A stretch of DNA of 25,157 nt from a virus. Taxonomy: Duplodnaviria; Caudoviricetes. Position numbers and translations under genes: made by a program. Below are positions 15,316 through 24,490 of this stretch, in pieces (position 1 is the stretch's first letter; each line of letters begins with the position of its first letter). The stretch spans positions 1 through 25,157 of IMG/VR virus record IMGVR_UViG_3300034012_000789; one strand, given 5' to 3'. Under the pieces are notes generated by a model. The model searched no databases, was not told the origin of the DNA, and saw only the letters and a program-made list of their open reading frames with translations.

Positions 15316-16323
15316 ATGACTAAAATTGAAATCGTCAAATCTATCATGCAGCAACACATGATGGATGGGCAGCTGATGCTCCCAAAACAAACACTCGCCA
15401 AACTTATTTACGAACAAAACCCCGGAGTATGGCCAAACGTGGATGCGGTACGAAAGCAAATAAGAGTAGCCACAGGTTCAATGGGTAGTAATTCATATTC
15501 AAAAAAACACAGCGAAAATATGCCCGGTAAATCTACCATCGAAGAAGGCCTGAAAAAGTTTGGCCTTTACACCAAGCTACCAGTCCGAAAGGATGTGGTG
15601 CTGCCATCAGGAAAATACCTTGTGATGTCCGACATCCACTTTCCCGAACATGACCCACTTGCTATTCAGGCATCGTTGGAATACGGCAAAGAAAAAGGTA
15701 TCACAGGCATTGTGCTGAACGGTGACATAATTGATATGTATATGGTCAGCCGCTTTTTGCAGGAAACCAAACGGCCCAGCATTCGTGAGGAATTGATAAT
15801 GACACGCAGTTTCTTCCAGTTGCTACGTGAGGAATTTCCAACCCTGCCGATTTGGTACAAGTTCGGCAATCACGAAGAACGTATGCGCCATTATTTGTTA
15901 AGCAATGCCCGTGCCATTGAAGATTTGGATGGCATAACTTTGGAAGAACAACTGCACCTGAAAAAGTACGACATCAAAGTGGTGTTTCGGGAAAGAATAA
16001 AGGCAGGAAAACTTGACATTCTTCACGGACATGAATTTCAAAAGTCAATTATGGCTCCCGTGAACCCGGCACGGGGTGCATTCATGAGGGCAAAATCTTC
16101 GCTGCTTATCGGCCACCACCACCAAACTTCATCACACCACGAAAACAACTTGAAAGGTGATGAGATTGTTTGTTTCTCAACTGGGTGTCATTGCACACTT
16201 ACACCCGAATACAACCCCTACGGCTACATCAAACAAAATCATGGGGGCGCAATCGTTACCGTGCTACCAAATAGAAACTTCCACGTAGAAAATTACCGCA
16301 TAATAGAAGGGAGGGTTTACTAA
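15316..16323 (+). CDS. Calcineurin-like metallophosphoesterase with N-terminal extension
   Basis: SDIH, NGDIID, GNHE, HGH, GHHH. Confidence 0.85.
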   Translation: MTKIEIVKSIMQQHMMDGQLMLPKQTLAKLIYEQNPGVWPNVDAVRKQIRVATGSMGSNSYSKKHSENMPGKSTIEEGLKKFGLYTKLPVRKDVVLPSGKYLVMSDIHFPEHDPLAIQASLEYGKEKGITGIVLNGDIIDMYMVSRFLQETKRPSIREELIMTRSFFQLLREEFPTLPIWYKFGNHEERMRHYLLSNARAIEDLDGITLEEQLHLKKYDIKVVFRERIKAGKLDILHGHEFQKSIMAPVNPARGAFMRAKSSLLIGHHHQTSSHHENNLKGDEIVCFSTGCHCTLTPEYNPYGYIKQNHGGAIVTVLPNRNFHVENYRIIEGRVY

Positions 16324-16586
16324 TGTTTACCACGCCTTTATGTTTGGAAGTAATCGCAGGAGATGAAATGGAAGATGCCCTTTATGAAATGGGCATTGCA
16401 CCTTCCGAAGTTGATTTGTACCAAGAGCCGACATTTCCTGTCTGTTTGTACAAAATTGACTGCATGATGCCTGACAACCGCAGCACACCAAAAAAGCCGC
16501 TTACCATTATCGTATGCGGTGAGTTGACATATATTGTCAAGTTTTCAATCGAACACCTTATCAACTTGGTGGATGTCCACCGATAG
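16323..16586 (+). CDS. Hypothetical protein
   Basis: 87 aa; TAATG overlap with the phosphoesterase. Confidence 0.7.
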   Translation: MFTTPLCLEVIAGDEMEDALYEMGIAPSEVDLYQEPTFPVCLYKIDCMMPDNRSTPKKPLTIIVCGELTYIVKFSIEHLINLVDVHR

Positions 16587-16599
16587 TTTTTACGCAAAG

Positions 16600-16621
16600 C
16601 ATTGAGTAATTTTGCTCAATG
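16600..16621. terminator. Hairpin between convergent operons
   Basis: CATTGAGTA-ATTT-TGCTCAATG; no clear U tract. Confidence 0.35.
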
Positions 16622-16647
16622 GAATGAGCGATTTTACAAAATTTTGC

Positions 16648-17277
16648 TTATCCGAATGTGCAAAATAGGGTAAAATCAATGGTCTGCCCTGCGTTAAATC
16701 GCTTCACAATCTCGAACCAGTGTTTATCAGGCACAACCTGACACCCTGCTGACCACTTATTCACCCAGTCACCAAGCCCGGCACGATGAAAGTTGATGCC
16801 AAATAACCCGAATTGCGTTACTTTTTGGTCAAGTTGCCTGTCTTTTGTACCATCCCGGTATATGGTAATGGGCAAAATCTGCTGAAAATAAGGCGCACCA
16901 AGCCACAAATTTGACCATTTTGCACCCGTTACAAAGCGGTGTGAACCGACAACCTGCTGTTCAGCGGCTACTGCTGTGCCATTTATCCCACCAACGGTGA
17001 GGGGATTGTACACATAGAAGTCACCAGCTGTGGTAGAAGCAGGGCAAACGTACACAATTTGGCCGTATTTGTAGACAACGCAGTAATCTTCGAACTTGTT
17101 TGTCAACTTGTCATCCGTGCGAAGCCATACAATGCCGTGATATTGGGGCAACCATTTGCGTTTTTTCAATTCGTTGGCTATGTAATTGGCCAATGCTTCG
17201 GTAGTTTTCGGGCCGATAACCCCATCCGCTTTCAGGTTTGCCCCATTTTTGTTCAGTAGTTCTTGCAGTGCTTTCAT
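16648..17277 (-). CDS. Putative endolysin (peptidoglycan-binding motif plus L,D-transpeptidase-like His/Cys domain)
   Basis: LQELL...LKADGVIGPKT..AL and GINFHRAG...WSAGCQV. Start revised to ATG 17277. Confidence 0.7.
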   Translation of the reverse strand: MKALQELLNKNGANLKADGVIGPKTTEALANYIANELKKRKWLPQYHGIVWLRTDDKLTNKFEDYCVVYKYGQIVYVCPASTTAGDFYVYNPLTVGGINGTAVAAEQQVVGSHRFVTGAKWSNLWLGAPYFQQILPITIYRDGTKDRQLDQKVTQFGLFGINFHRAGLGDWVNKWSAGCQVVPDKHWFEIVKRFNAGQTIDFTLFCTFG

Positions 17278-17780
17278 TTGGCTATGAATAATAATGATGA
17301 TAAGATTGCGATATTTCGCCACGCATTTCGTTTCCTACGCATTTTATTGTTGTCAGCGATACATTGTTTTATTTGTTCTTTTTGAGTGGCTGTAATCGCT
17401 TCTAAATGCGTAATCGCAGAATCCTGCAATTTTATTACCTGTTCTTGGCTGTAAATTACCACGCTGTCATCGGATATAATTTCCCAGCAAAGGCGGTTTT
17501 CGTCAATGAGTGCAGCAAGTTTTATCGTGTCCTGTTGCAGTTCGGTAATGGTCAATGTGTCGTGGACATATTTTGTCCTAATTTCACCGATGCGTTTTAC
17601 CTTTTCAGGTCGGTTGATCAACAGCAGCGAGTATTCGTTTTTGATGCTGTCAATTTCGGCTTGTAAACTGTCTACCAGTCCTGTCTCTGTTTGTGGTTTT
17701 TGTTGTGTCGGGCAATGCCCAAAGACAAGCACAGTGATAAGTACACCACAAAGCACAAAAAGCCAATCACTTCGTTTCAT
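17274..17780 (-). CDS. Spanin-like coiled-coil membrane protein
   Basis: Hydrophobic N-terminus ending VFGHC, coiled coils, hydrophobic C-terminus; between holin and lysin. Confidence 0.5.
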   Translation of the reverse strand: MKRSDWLFVLCGVLITVLVFGHCPTQQKPQTETGLVDSLQAEIDSIKNEYSLLLINRPEKVKRIGEIRTKYVHDTLTITELQQDTIKLAALIDENRLCWEIISDDSVVIYSQEQVIKLQDSAITHLEAITATQKEQIKQCIADNNKMRRKRNAWRNIAILSSLLFIAK

Positions 17781-17955
17781 CCTCCGCAAAGAAATTGGTC
17801 ACGAACTTTCCGACCGCACCGCATACACCTGAAATCAGCATCAACTTGGGATGGTCAAGGTTAAGCCCGGCAACGAACAAAGATGCAGCGGCAATGCTGT
17901 CGCCTAAAACCCTGAAACGCTTTGGGGTGGGTTTAAAATATCCTTTCAGTTTCAT
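17767..17955 (-). CDS. Putative holin
   Basis: MKLKGYFKPTPKRFRVLGD followed by two hydrophobic helices. Start revised to ATG 17955. Confidence 0.6.
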   Translation of the reverse strand: MKLKGYFKPTPKRFRVLGDSIAAASLFVAGLNLDHPKLMLISGVCGAVGKFVTNFFAEDETK

Positions 17956-18071
17956 CTTCCTTGACCTCGATATGGTTTTACTGACTTGTGTTTGTTCGCT
18001 GACTTCGTGTGTCTGCCCAACTTCCGTTTGCTTTTCGGTTGCCACTTGATTACCTCTTTACTTTTTGCCAT
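17952..18071 (-). CDS. 39-aa highly basic peptide
   Basis: MAKSKEVIKWQPKSKRKLGRHTKSANKHKSVKPYRGQGR; its stop overlaps the holin ATG. Confidence 0.65.
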   Translation of the reverse strand: MAKSKEVIKWQPKSKRKLGRHTKSANKHKSVKPYRGQGR

Positions 18072-18216
18072 GTTTGAAAAACTTATAGATGCCTATGCAG
18101 GATAAAACAAGGGCAGCGGTGAATGACAGGAATTGAATTAACGGCAGCAACTTTGCAGCAGCCCCGGCCAACCATAAAAGCCAACTACCTACGATTGTTT
18201 CAGTTTCGTTTTTCAT
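18058..18216 (-). CDS. 52-aa membrane protein (holin/antiholin-like)
   Basis: MKNETETIVGSWLLWLAGAAAKLLPLIQFLSFTAALVLSCIGIYKFFKHGKK; TGATG overlap upstream. Confidence 0.65.
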   Translation of the reverse strand: MKNETETIVGSWLLWLAGAAAKLLPLIQFLSFTAALVLSCIGIYKFFKHGKK

Positions 18217-18467
18217 CAGGGAAAGGGCGGTGCAGGTTTAGGAACATACGGAATTAGCGGCAGGTTTTGCACCCACATAAAATCAGGGTTAACGCATTGG
18301 CTGATTTCTTCAACGGAAATCACCCACCTATCGTCATTGTCCTCAATAGGGTTGAAGTAGCTGTCATCCATGTACCATTGGCCGATAAGTAATTCTTTGT
18401 CAGTTTCAGTCAACAGCCCTACATATTGGCTGTATTGTTCGAGTGCTATTTCGGATAGTTTATACAT
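18216..18467 (-). CDS. Hypothetical fibre-associated protein
   Basis: 83 aa (YFNPIED...WVISVEE...LPLIPY.PKP), coupled to the fibre-like gene. Confidence 0.65.
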   Translation of the reverse strand: MYKLSEIALEQYSQYVGLLTETDKELLIGQWYMDDSYFNPIEDNDDRWVISVEEISQCVNPDFMWVQNLPLIPYVPKPAPPFP

Positions 18468-19248
18468 TGCGAGATAAAGTAGTTTGGTATGCCTGTACTG
18501 CGGTATAAAGATTGGCTGCTTCGGTGTCGGTTAGGCCGTCACCTATTGAAGCAAAAGCGCATTGCAGAGCTGAAAAATTTGTTATTGACGCGCCACTTCT
18601 TCTTGCACCTATAACCATTGCAACGTTTGGTCTACCATCTGTTGTCATTGATACTGGACTTGCTGCAACACCATTATACACTAACTTTATTTCTGTGCTT
18701 GTTTCTCTTTTAACCATGTGAAATCCAGCAGAACTCGCAGGCGTATAAGATGTGGTTGTTGTTGTATTTAATGCAACTGCTGTGGCTGATATACCAAGGA
18801 CATGGCGATATACTGGTGCTCCACCATTGTTACACCCTATCAAAGCAAGTGTAACACCTGTTGTTGAACGTGAATAATAAGACAAATGTGCTGAATTTAA
18901 TTGACCAGAAGTTGATGGTGTATAAAAAGTGTCTGCATAACCATTTGTGCCATTTGGTAAAGCACCATTTGAACTATGTGTCCATCCACCTGTAAACACC
19001 AACCTAAACGCAGCATCAAGGTCGCGAGCGTCTTTCAAATTCCATTTGTGGCTCGATGCCGTTCCTCCACAAAAAGGATAAATGGCCTTCATTTTTGTCC
19101 AAATGCCATAATTTTTCAAGTCCAGTACCAATGTATTGATGGCTGACTGCTGTGTTACATCAGTTATTGCAGCGGCATCAATAAAGGCCTGTGCATCGGC
19201 ATCATTGCCACCACCTGCTACAAATGACCGAACACCAATCCTTATCAT
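18460..19248 (-). CDS. Putative fibre / lectin-like virion protein
   Basis: DADAQAFI..A.IT...AINTLV.DLK..GIW N-terminus and a G/S/T/A-rich beta-sandwich-like body. Confidence 0.55.
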   Translation of the reverse strand: MIRIGVRSFVAGGGNDADAQAFIDAAAITDVTQQSAINTLVLDLKNYGIWTKMKAIYPFCGGTASSHKWNLKDARDLDAAFRLVFTGGWTHSSNGALPNGTNGYADTFYTPSTSGQLNSAHLSYYSRSTTGVTLALIGCNNGGAPVYRHVLGISATAVALNTTTTTSYTPASSAGFHMVKRETSTEIKLVYNGVAASPVSMTTDGRPNVAMVIGARRSGASITNFSALQCAFASIGDGLTDTEAANLYTAVQAYQTTLSRNV

Positions 19249-19514
19249 ACGTTATACGCTACGATGCTTCCGCTTGTCAGCGTGATGCTGCTGAACCAAT
19301 CGCCTTCGGAAATCGAAATGAAAGTGCCTTGTTTCAGGGTGATGCCTGTCAGTCCAAGGGTTGTCATTACACTTGCCGCATTTTTGTCAAGGGCTGCTGA
19401 AACAACCGCATCTGCGTTTACTACAAAACCCTGCCAACGGCCGGTATTTGCGCCTGTTCCTGAAAGGACTTTGCAGCCCGTAAAACCACTCATAAATTCT
19501 GTTGCTGTACTCAT
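19245..19514 (-). CDS. Small putative virion protein
   Basis: 89 aa, beta-rich, ends SITLTSGSIVAY. Confidence 0.6.
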   Translation of the reverse strand: MSTATEFMSGFTGCKVLSGTGANTGRWQGFVVNADAVVSAALDKNAASVMTTLGLTGITLKQGTFISISEGDWFSSITLTSGSIVAYNV

Positions 19515-19975
19515 TGTATTGTTGGGAATGTTAAATTGTTATTGGGTGTGTCGCAGTAATCTCTCAAATTCGGACAATGGTATTCGATAACGGCCGCAAC
19601 TCCGCTAACGATGTCCGTTTGTGCGTCATAAAATGGTGTGATGCTGTCATTGATTACCCATGTTCCGGCTATGTTGTTTCGGTAAACGTAGCGCAGCATT
19701 GAGTAAATGTCCAACATGACCGTGTGCATATCTGAAATCCTTTCTACTGCATCGGTAAAATCTTCTCTGTGCCTGTCAGCAATGGCAACCGCAAAGCGAT
19801 AAATCACCTTGTCAACGGTCACCTGTGAACCATCAGGGAAAATCCGCATAAGTGGATAAAGCTGTTCACCGCTTGTATTGATATTGGGTTCAATATTTAC
19901 GATGGTGGACTTTATCTGCTTGTGGTTGTTTCCCGCAGTTTCCAGAGCTTCCAGTAGTTGGTTGATTGTTACCAT
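19511..19975 (-). CDS. Putative tail terminator / neck protein
   Basis: 154 aa with YPLM motif; follows the adaptor; called mainly by synteny. Confidence 0.5.
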   Translation of the reverse strand: MVTINQLLEALETAGNNHKQIKSTIVNIEPNINTSGEQLYPLMRIFPDGSQVTVDKVIYRFAVAIADRHREDFTDAVERISDMHTVMLDIYSMLRYVYRNNIAGTWVINDSITPFYDAQTDIVSGVAAVIEYHCPNLRDYCDTPNNNLTFPTIQ

Positions 19976-20020
19976 TGAGATAGAGTTTCAGTTTGTTTTC
20001 GTTTTTCTGTCTTACTTTAT

Positions 20021-20572
20021 TCATGAGAAAAATCCACGCAGGAATTTGTAATCATCATCTTCGCCCAGATAAAACCCACCAAATATGTTTTGGTTTTGTG
20101 GGTTAATCACATCCAAGCCACTCGCAGGGTTTTGGTATTCGGGGAAAAGTGTATCATTTTCAGCCAAGTACAGGCGCAGTCTTTCAGCGTAGTATTCTGC
20201 CTTATTTTGGTAACGCTGCTCAATCATGCGAAGCTGGTCAACATCCACAGCGTTTGCATTTTCTGCGCCACGACTTGCTGCTGACTTATTCATCATTTTG
20301 TAGGTCAATGGCAGCATTGAGTCCAAAATCACATAGTGATACAGACAAGGTGCAACGTATTTGTTGACCAATGTCAGGTAATTACCACCAAGCCCAGCCC
20401 CGTTGATGTCATCACAAATCTTGTCGTATAGGGTGCTTCCCAAAATATCACGGATATATACATCCTGTGCTGTGCGCATGGCAGTTTGAAGCAACTTGCT
20501 ATCGACATTCTCATCGATAGGGGTGTTCTTCTTTACATCCTGCTCACTTACGAAATATGCGAAATTAGCCAT
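20021..20572 (-). CDS. Putative head-tail adaptor
   Basis: Helical 183-aa protein right after the portal (AQDVYIRDILGSTLY...AEYYAERL..YL......FPEY). Confidence 0.6.
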   Translation of the reverse strand: MANFAYFVSEQDVKKNTPIDENVDSKLLQTAMRTAQDVYIRDILGSTLYDKICDDINGAGLGGNYLTLVNKYVAPCLYHYVILDSMLPLTYKMMNKSAASRGAENANAVDVDQLRMIEQRYQNKAEYYAERLRLYLAENDTLFPEYQNPASGLDVINPQNQNIFGGFYLGEDDDYKFLRGFFS

Positions 20573-22484
20573 TGTTTCTTCTCCTTACTATTCTTTGTTT
20601 CCATTCGTGTCTACAATGCGGAATATGCAAAGGTGGTTCGCTTTCAGGCACGGTGTACCACCCACCCCGGCGAAGCCATACGCTATAACCTAAAATTGCA
20701 GACATTTGGTCGATTTCTTCACGGGTGTAAAGTTTGCCCATGTCCACCATACGAAGGCAAAACTCACGGCTTTTTCCACCGGGTTGCAACGGCAACGCAT
20801 CGGGGTCTAAATCGTACTTGTAACGCAGTTCCAACTTGGGCAGTTCGGTGTCTGCAATCTCTCCACGGCCAATGTCGGTGATTTTGATTGCGTTATTAGT
20901 CCAATTTATCTTACCGCTGTCCTGCAAAGTTTTCAAAATCTTGATGACTTCTTCTTCGCCTATTTTTGTGGCAGTGGAAATGTCTTTCAATGTAGCTTTT
21001 TCATCGGAATTTACCACAGCCAGTACCCTTTTTTCTTTGGTGGTCAGTTCAAATGTGAGTTTCACTTCTTCAAATTCGCTTTCATCAGCCCCAAATTTGG
21101 CAAAAACTGACAAGTCATTGTCTGACCATTTGTGAAATTCGCAACCCTGATGGCTAAAATTTTCGGGAGTTGCTGTTTCTGTTGGTGCAGTTGCCAACGC
21201 ATCACCGCCCGGTATAGGTGGCAATCCTGCCAATGCACGTTTTTCATTCACCGTCATGTTTGAAAGCACGTTATTTGCTACCAATGGTGACAAGCTGTTG
21301 ATATTTTCAATTATACGCTGTGCGCTATCCACAACGGTCTGTGCAGTTTCGCCTAATCCAAGGGCTGTTCTTGCTTCATCTACGGTCACAATTCCAACCT
21401 GATGCAAGGCCACATAATCAACCCCCAAGAAATCGCTGTCTTTTGTATCTAATTCAATACCGGGGTAAACGTATTCAAGGGTATTTTCAAGGCAAGTGTC
21501 AAGTTTTACTTGACGTTTGTTAACGTATGACTTATGAAACAACTCGTATGCCTCAATCATTTCATTACGCTGCCCAAGTGCGCCTTCGGTTGCGTAGCCG
21601 AGCAGAATTTTCGGGAAGTTGTGGCCGATAAAGATTTCATCCTGCACCGTTTCGTTAAGTTGCAGGAATTGTTTGTCCATGTCGGAAGGTTGCAAATGTG
21701 CAATCTCCGCAGACTTTTCATTCATTTCGTTGAACTGAATAAGCACACCACCTGCGTTGTCTGTGCCTGTGGTTTTCTGTTTAAACTTCCTCTCAAAGTT
21801 GTAGGCAATTTCCTCTGTGGGCTGCCCTTTGAACAACTGAACCAGCGTTCCGTTGGCAAACCCGTTGCGGATGTTGTTATTGTGGAAATTGGCTATCTCC
21901 ACATCAATTTCAATATACTGCAAACAATGCTGATAAGGTGGAAGCGGATAAACACCCAACGAAGGTGCATATTCTCGGAAGTAGTACAACTGCACTTCCA
22001 TTGGTTGGGCCTTTTTCGGGTTGAAAGGTGCATAGTGCTTCATGTCCTCGTGCTTTGCCTTTTTCCAATCCTCTGCATACATATAGATTTCGTGGTCAAG
22101 TGTACGCACATTGCTGAAATCTACGTGGTAAAGTGCTGAAATCTGCCCTACTTTGTTGTAATGTACCTCATAGGCAAATCCGTTGAACAATTCATAATCC
22201 AGAGCCAGTTTATTTTTGAACTCCTGAATACCCTCATAAGGGTTCACGTATTCAATTACCTTAACTGCGCTGGGGTTGCCATCCACCAAGGTTTCTTCAC
22301 CTGCCACAAAACGGGCTTTCTGCCTTACAATAGCCCCATGTTTTGGGCTTCTGTTGTAAAATTCAAGTAACGTATCGGGAAAATCGTTCTTTTCCCCATA
22401 GGTAACGATGCCTTTATTCTTGTTTTCCTTGAATTTAGGCAACTTTGACTCGGTAAAATTTATGCGTAATAGGTCGAAACTCAT
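20565..22484 (-). CDS. Portal protein with C-terminal wHTH and Cys/His domains
   Basis: Portal motifs SPKHGAIV, DYELFNGFA, NIRNGF, TGTDNAG, MTVNEKR.LAGLPP; about 200-aa extension. Confidence 0.85.
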   Translation of the reverse strand: MSFDLLRINFTESKLPKFKENKNKGIVTYGEKNDFPDTLLEFYNRSPKHGAIVRQKARFVAGEETLVDGNPSAVKVIEYVNPYEGIQEFKNKLALDYELFNGFAYEVHYNKVGQISALYHVDFSNVRTLDHEIYMYAEDWKKAKHEDMKHYAPFNPKKAQPMEVQLYYFREYAPSLGVYPLPPYQHCLQYIEIDVEIANFHNNNIRNGFANGTLVQLFKGQPTEEIAYNFERKFKQKTTGTDNAGGVLIQFNEMNEKSAEIAHLQPSDMDKQFLQLNETVQDEIFIGHNFPKILLGYATEGALGQRNEMIEAYELFHKSYVNKRQVKLDTCLENTLEYVYPGIELDTKDSDFLGVDYVALHQVGIVTVDEARTALGLGETAQTVVDSAQRIIENINSLSPLVANNVLSNMTVNEKRALAGLPPIPGGDALATAPTETATPENFSHQGCEFHKWSDNDLSVFAKFGADESEFEEVKLTFELTTKEKRVLAVVNSDEKATLKDISTATKIGEEEVIKILKTLQDSGKINWTNNAIKITDIGRGEIADTELPKLELRYKYDLDPDALPLQPGGKSREFCLRMVDMGKLYTREEIDQMSAILGYSVWLRRGGWYTVPESEPPLHIPHCRHEWKQRIVRRRNNG

Positions 22485-22858
22485 CCGATGTGGTGTTGTT
22501 TAATAGTTGTATTGACCTCGTGGTCGTTAAATGCGGTATGCGATGCGGTAACATAAGCCAATCCCCGGTCAATTTCCTGTGATGCAAGTAATGGATTGGT
22601 ATTCGTTGGGGAGGTTTGTGCGTATAATGCCCAGTAATGCGTTCCTACCGCCAATGTTTTTGCTGCACTGCTGCCCTCTACAAATGAAAATAGCTGGTAT
22701 CTGTTGGGTGCTGTGCTTGTATCGGTTACAATAAATGCCTTTTGTTCCTGGGACATTTCGGACTCAAACACCAACAGATAATACACGGGAGAAACGGTCA
22801 CCTTTTCTCTGCCTGTGATTATCAATTCGGGTGTTCCTGCTTTGGTTATGTACAGCAT
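22481..22858 (-). CDS. Hypothetical structural-region protein
   Basis: 125 aa, beta-rich, preceded by the CTAC motif, ATGA-coupled to the portal. Confidence 0.7.
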   Translation of the reverse strand: MLYITKAGTPELIITGREKVTVSPVYYLLVFESEMSQEQKAFIVTDTSTAPNRYQLFSFVEGSSAAKTLAVGTHYWALYAQTSPTNTNPLLASQEIDRGLAYVTASHTAFNDHEVNTTIKQHHIG

Positions 22859-22863
22859 CCTAT

Positions 22864-22875
22864 CTATATAAGTAG
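22864..22875 (-). promoter_or_regulatory. Putative late promoter motif
   Basis: CTACTTATATAG-ATAGG-ATG. Confidence 0.6.
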
Positions 22876-22893
22876 GTCGGTTTCATGTTAAAC

Positions 22894-22921
22894 AAAAAAG
22901 GCCGCCAAATGGCGACCCTTT
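22894..22921 (-). terminator. Rho-independent terminator after the tail tube gene
   Basis: AAAGGGTCGCC-ATTT-GGCGGCC-TTTTTT. Confidence 0.8.
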
Positions 22922-22945
22922 CTGCATGAAAACACTATGAAAAAA

Positions 22946-23458
22946 TCAAAGACCCAGCGAAGTTACAACAGCGGCCTGAACTTTCAAAGGTAAATCGGTT
23001 TCTTTGTGCAAAAAGTTTAGCACATGACCTTTGAAATCTCCAAACGCTTGTCCGAAGTTTGTTTCACTTTGCTGCAACTGAACACCATAGTCAGCACCCA
23101 GCAGCCAGTAGTCACCACTTGCATCAAGGGCAATGGCTAACATTCTGTTCTGTGCGAGAAGTTTAATCTCGTTGCGCTGTGCAGTGGTAACTTTGTGCAA
23201 ACGTGCAACAAGGTCAGCTTCGTAAAACACAGTTCCGTTTTCGGTTGAAGGAATGGTTCTCCAAGTCATGGAGCCAGTTTCCTTTTCAAGTTCATATTTG
23301 AAGTAGCTTTTGCCACCACTCAAAGTGTGGGCAGAAACTTCGCCTGATGATTTGGTTAATGTAGATTTAGCATCGAACTCAACGAGCCAAATATTTTTGA
23401 TACCTGCGGCTGCGGTTTTGCAGTCCAAGGTAAATCCGGTGGTTAAAACACAACTCAT
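22946..23458 (-). CDS. Putative major tail (tube) protein
   Basis: MSCVLTTG...DC....GIK, FKYEL, ENGTVFY, G.YWLLG, GQAFGDFKG pattern; follows the capsid gene. Confidence 0.6.
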   Translation of the reverse strand: MSCVLTTGFTLDCKTAAAGIKNIWLVEFDAKSTLTKSSGEVSAHTLSGGKSYFKYELEKETGSMTWRTIPSTENGTVFYEADLVARLHKVTTAQRNEIKLLAQNRMLAIALDASGDYWLLGADYGVQLQQSETNFGQAFGDFKGHVLNFLHKETDLPLKVQAAVVTSLGL

Positions 23459-23473
23459 TTCTTTTTTTAAATT

Positions 23474-23503
23474 AAAGGGGGGTAGGGTTTTTCCCCACCC
23501 CCC
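23474..23503 (-). terminator. GC-rich hairpin after the capsid gene
   Basis: GGGGGGTGGG-GAAAAA-CCCTACCCCCC followed by TTT; weak terminator or mRNA stabiliser. Confidence 0.6.
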
Positions 23504-23533
23504 GGGTTAAACTTTCTCTATTCGGTTAAATGA

Positions 23534-24481
23534 TTAGAGTGTGAAAAGAACAACTTGCTCAGGGTAAGCAACCTGACATCCGTATTTGAAGGCGGTGTGG
23601 AATTGTACTCTGCGCTCGAAAGGATTGAAGATAAATTCAAACTCTTCTTCTTCGTTCATCATGTCAGTACCCAAGAAGAAATTTGACCACAGACCAGCAA
23701 CGATTTTGTTGGTGCCGTTCATACCGTGCAGACCGTAGATCTTGATGCCAGTGATAGGGTCAACAATCTCCATCTCTGCGATTTCGTTTGCAGGGTAGTG
23801 GAACAGGTTAGCAGTTACCAACCACTGTCTGTAAAGACGGAAAGTATCTGTACCCATAGCAATCATCAGGTCAGGTTTTCCAAGCAGTTCAGCAGGGATA
23901 ACGCTGTAAATGGTAGTGATGATGTCATCGATGTTGGAAGCAGTGATAGAAGCGTAAGCGTTAGCCACGTTACCTTTGATAGGGTCACCTGCACCACCGA
24001 AACCGAGGTCTCCGAGGATAGTCAGGAAGCCATCCCAGTAACCCAAGTTGCCAGCACCGCCTGTGGTATCACCCTGCCAAATTGAAGTTTCGATAGCTTC
24101 GGCAATTTTGGCAGCTTTTTCAGCACCTATTTGCTCGGTGAATACACCCATGTCGATAGCTTCACCAGCGGCAAGAGCTTTCTGTGTGTATTTGGTTTCA
24201 AGGTCTTTGGGGCAAAGAGTTTCCTGAACCTTAACTTTTCCAACGGTCAGGGTGCGCTTGGACAGGGTAGTGTTACCGCTTGTCTGATAAGAGCAGCTGT
24301 CAGATTGGAAGTAAACGTCTGAATACAGCAAAGGCAGTATTTCAGCAGATTTGATACCGGGGAGAACCTGTCCAGCACCCTGCAACAGACGTGCAGTTTT
24401 GGCGGTGAACATCGCTTTGGTCAGAAGGTTTAAGCTCTCTTCTTTGGTGTAATTGGTGAGACCTGTTACGTCAAATGCCAT
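23534..24481 (-). CDS. Major capsid protein
   Basis: 315 aa (LCPKDL, E..IWQGD, DGF, NFFLGTDMM); follows the scaffold, followed by a strong hairpin. Confidence 0.8.
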   Translation of the reverse strand: MAFDVTGLTNYTKEESLNLLTKAMFTAKTARLLQGAGQVLPGIKSAEILPLLYSDVYFQSDSCSYQTSGNTTLSKRTLTVGKVKVQETLCPKDLETKYTQKALAAGEAIDMGVFTEQIGAEKAAKIAEAIETSIWQGDTTGGAGNLGYWDGFLTILGDLGFGGAGDPIKGNVANAYASITASNIDDIITTIYSVIPAELLGKPDLMIAMGTDTFRLYRQWLVTANLFHYPANEIAEMEIVDPITGIKIYGLHGMNGTNKIVAGLWSNFFLGTDMMNEEEEFEFIFNPFERRVQFHTAFKYGCQVAYPEQVVLFTL

Positions 24482-24490
24482 GATTTTATT

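Noticed and set aside
17956-18045. N-terminal extension of the holin ORF
   Set aside because: The region is better explained by the overlapping basic peptide whose stop overlaps ATG 17955.
18460-19248. Diversity-generating retroelement target
   Set aside because: No reverse transcriptase and no template/variable repeat pair noticed in the window.
19851-19859. One-mismatch DnaA box AGTGGATAA
   Set aside because: Inside a structural CDS, isolated, and expected by chance.
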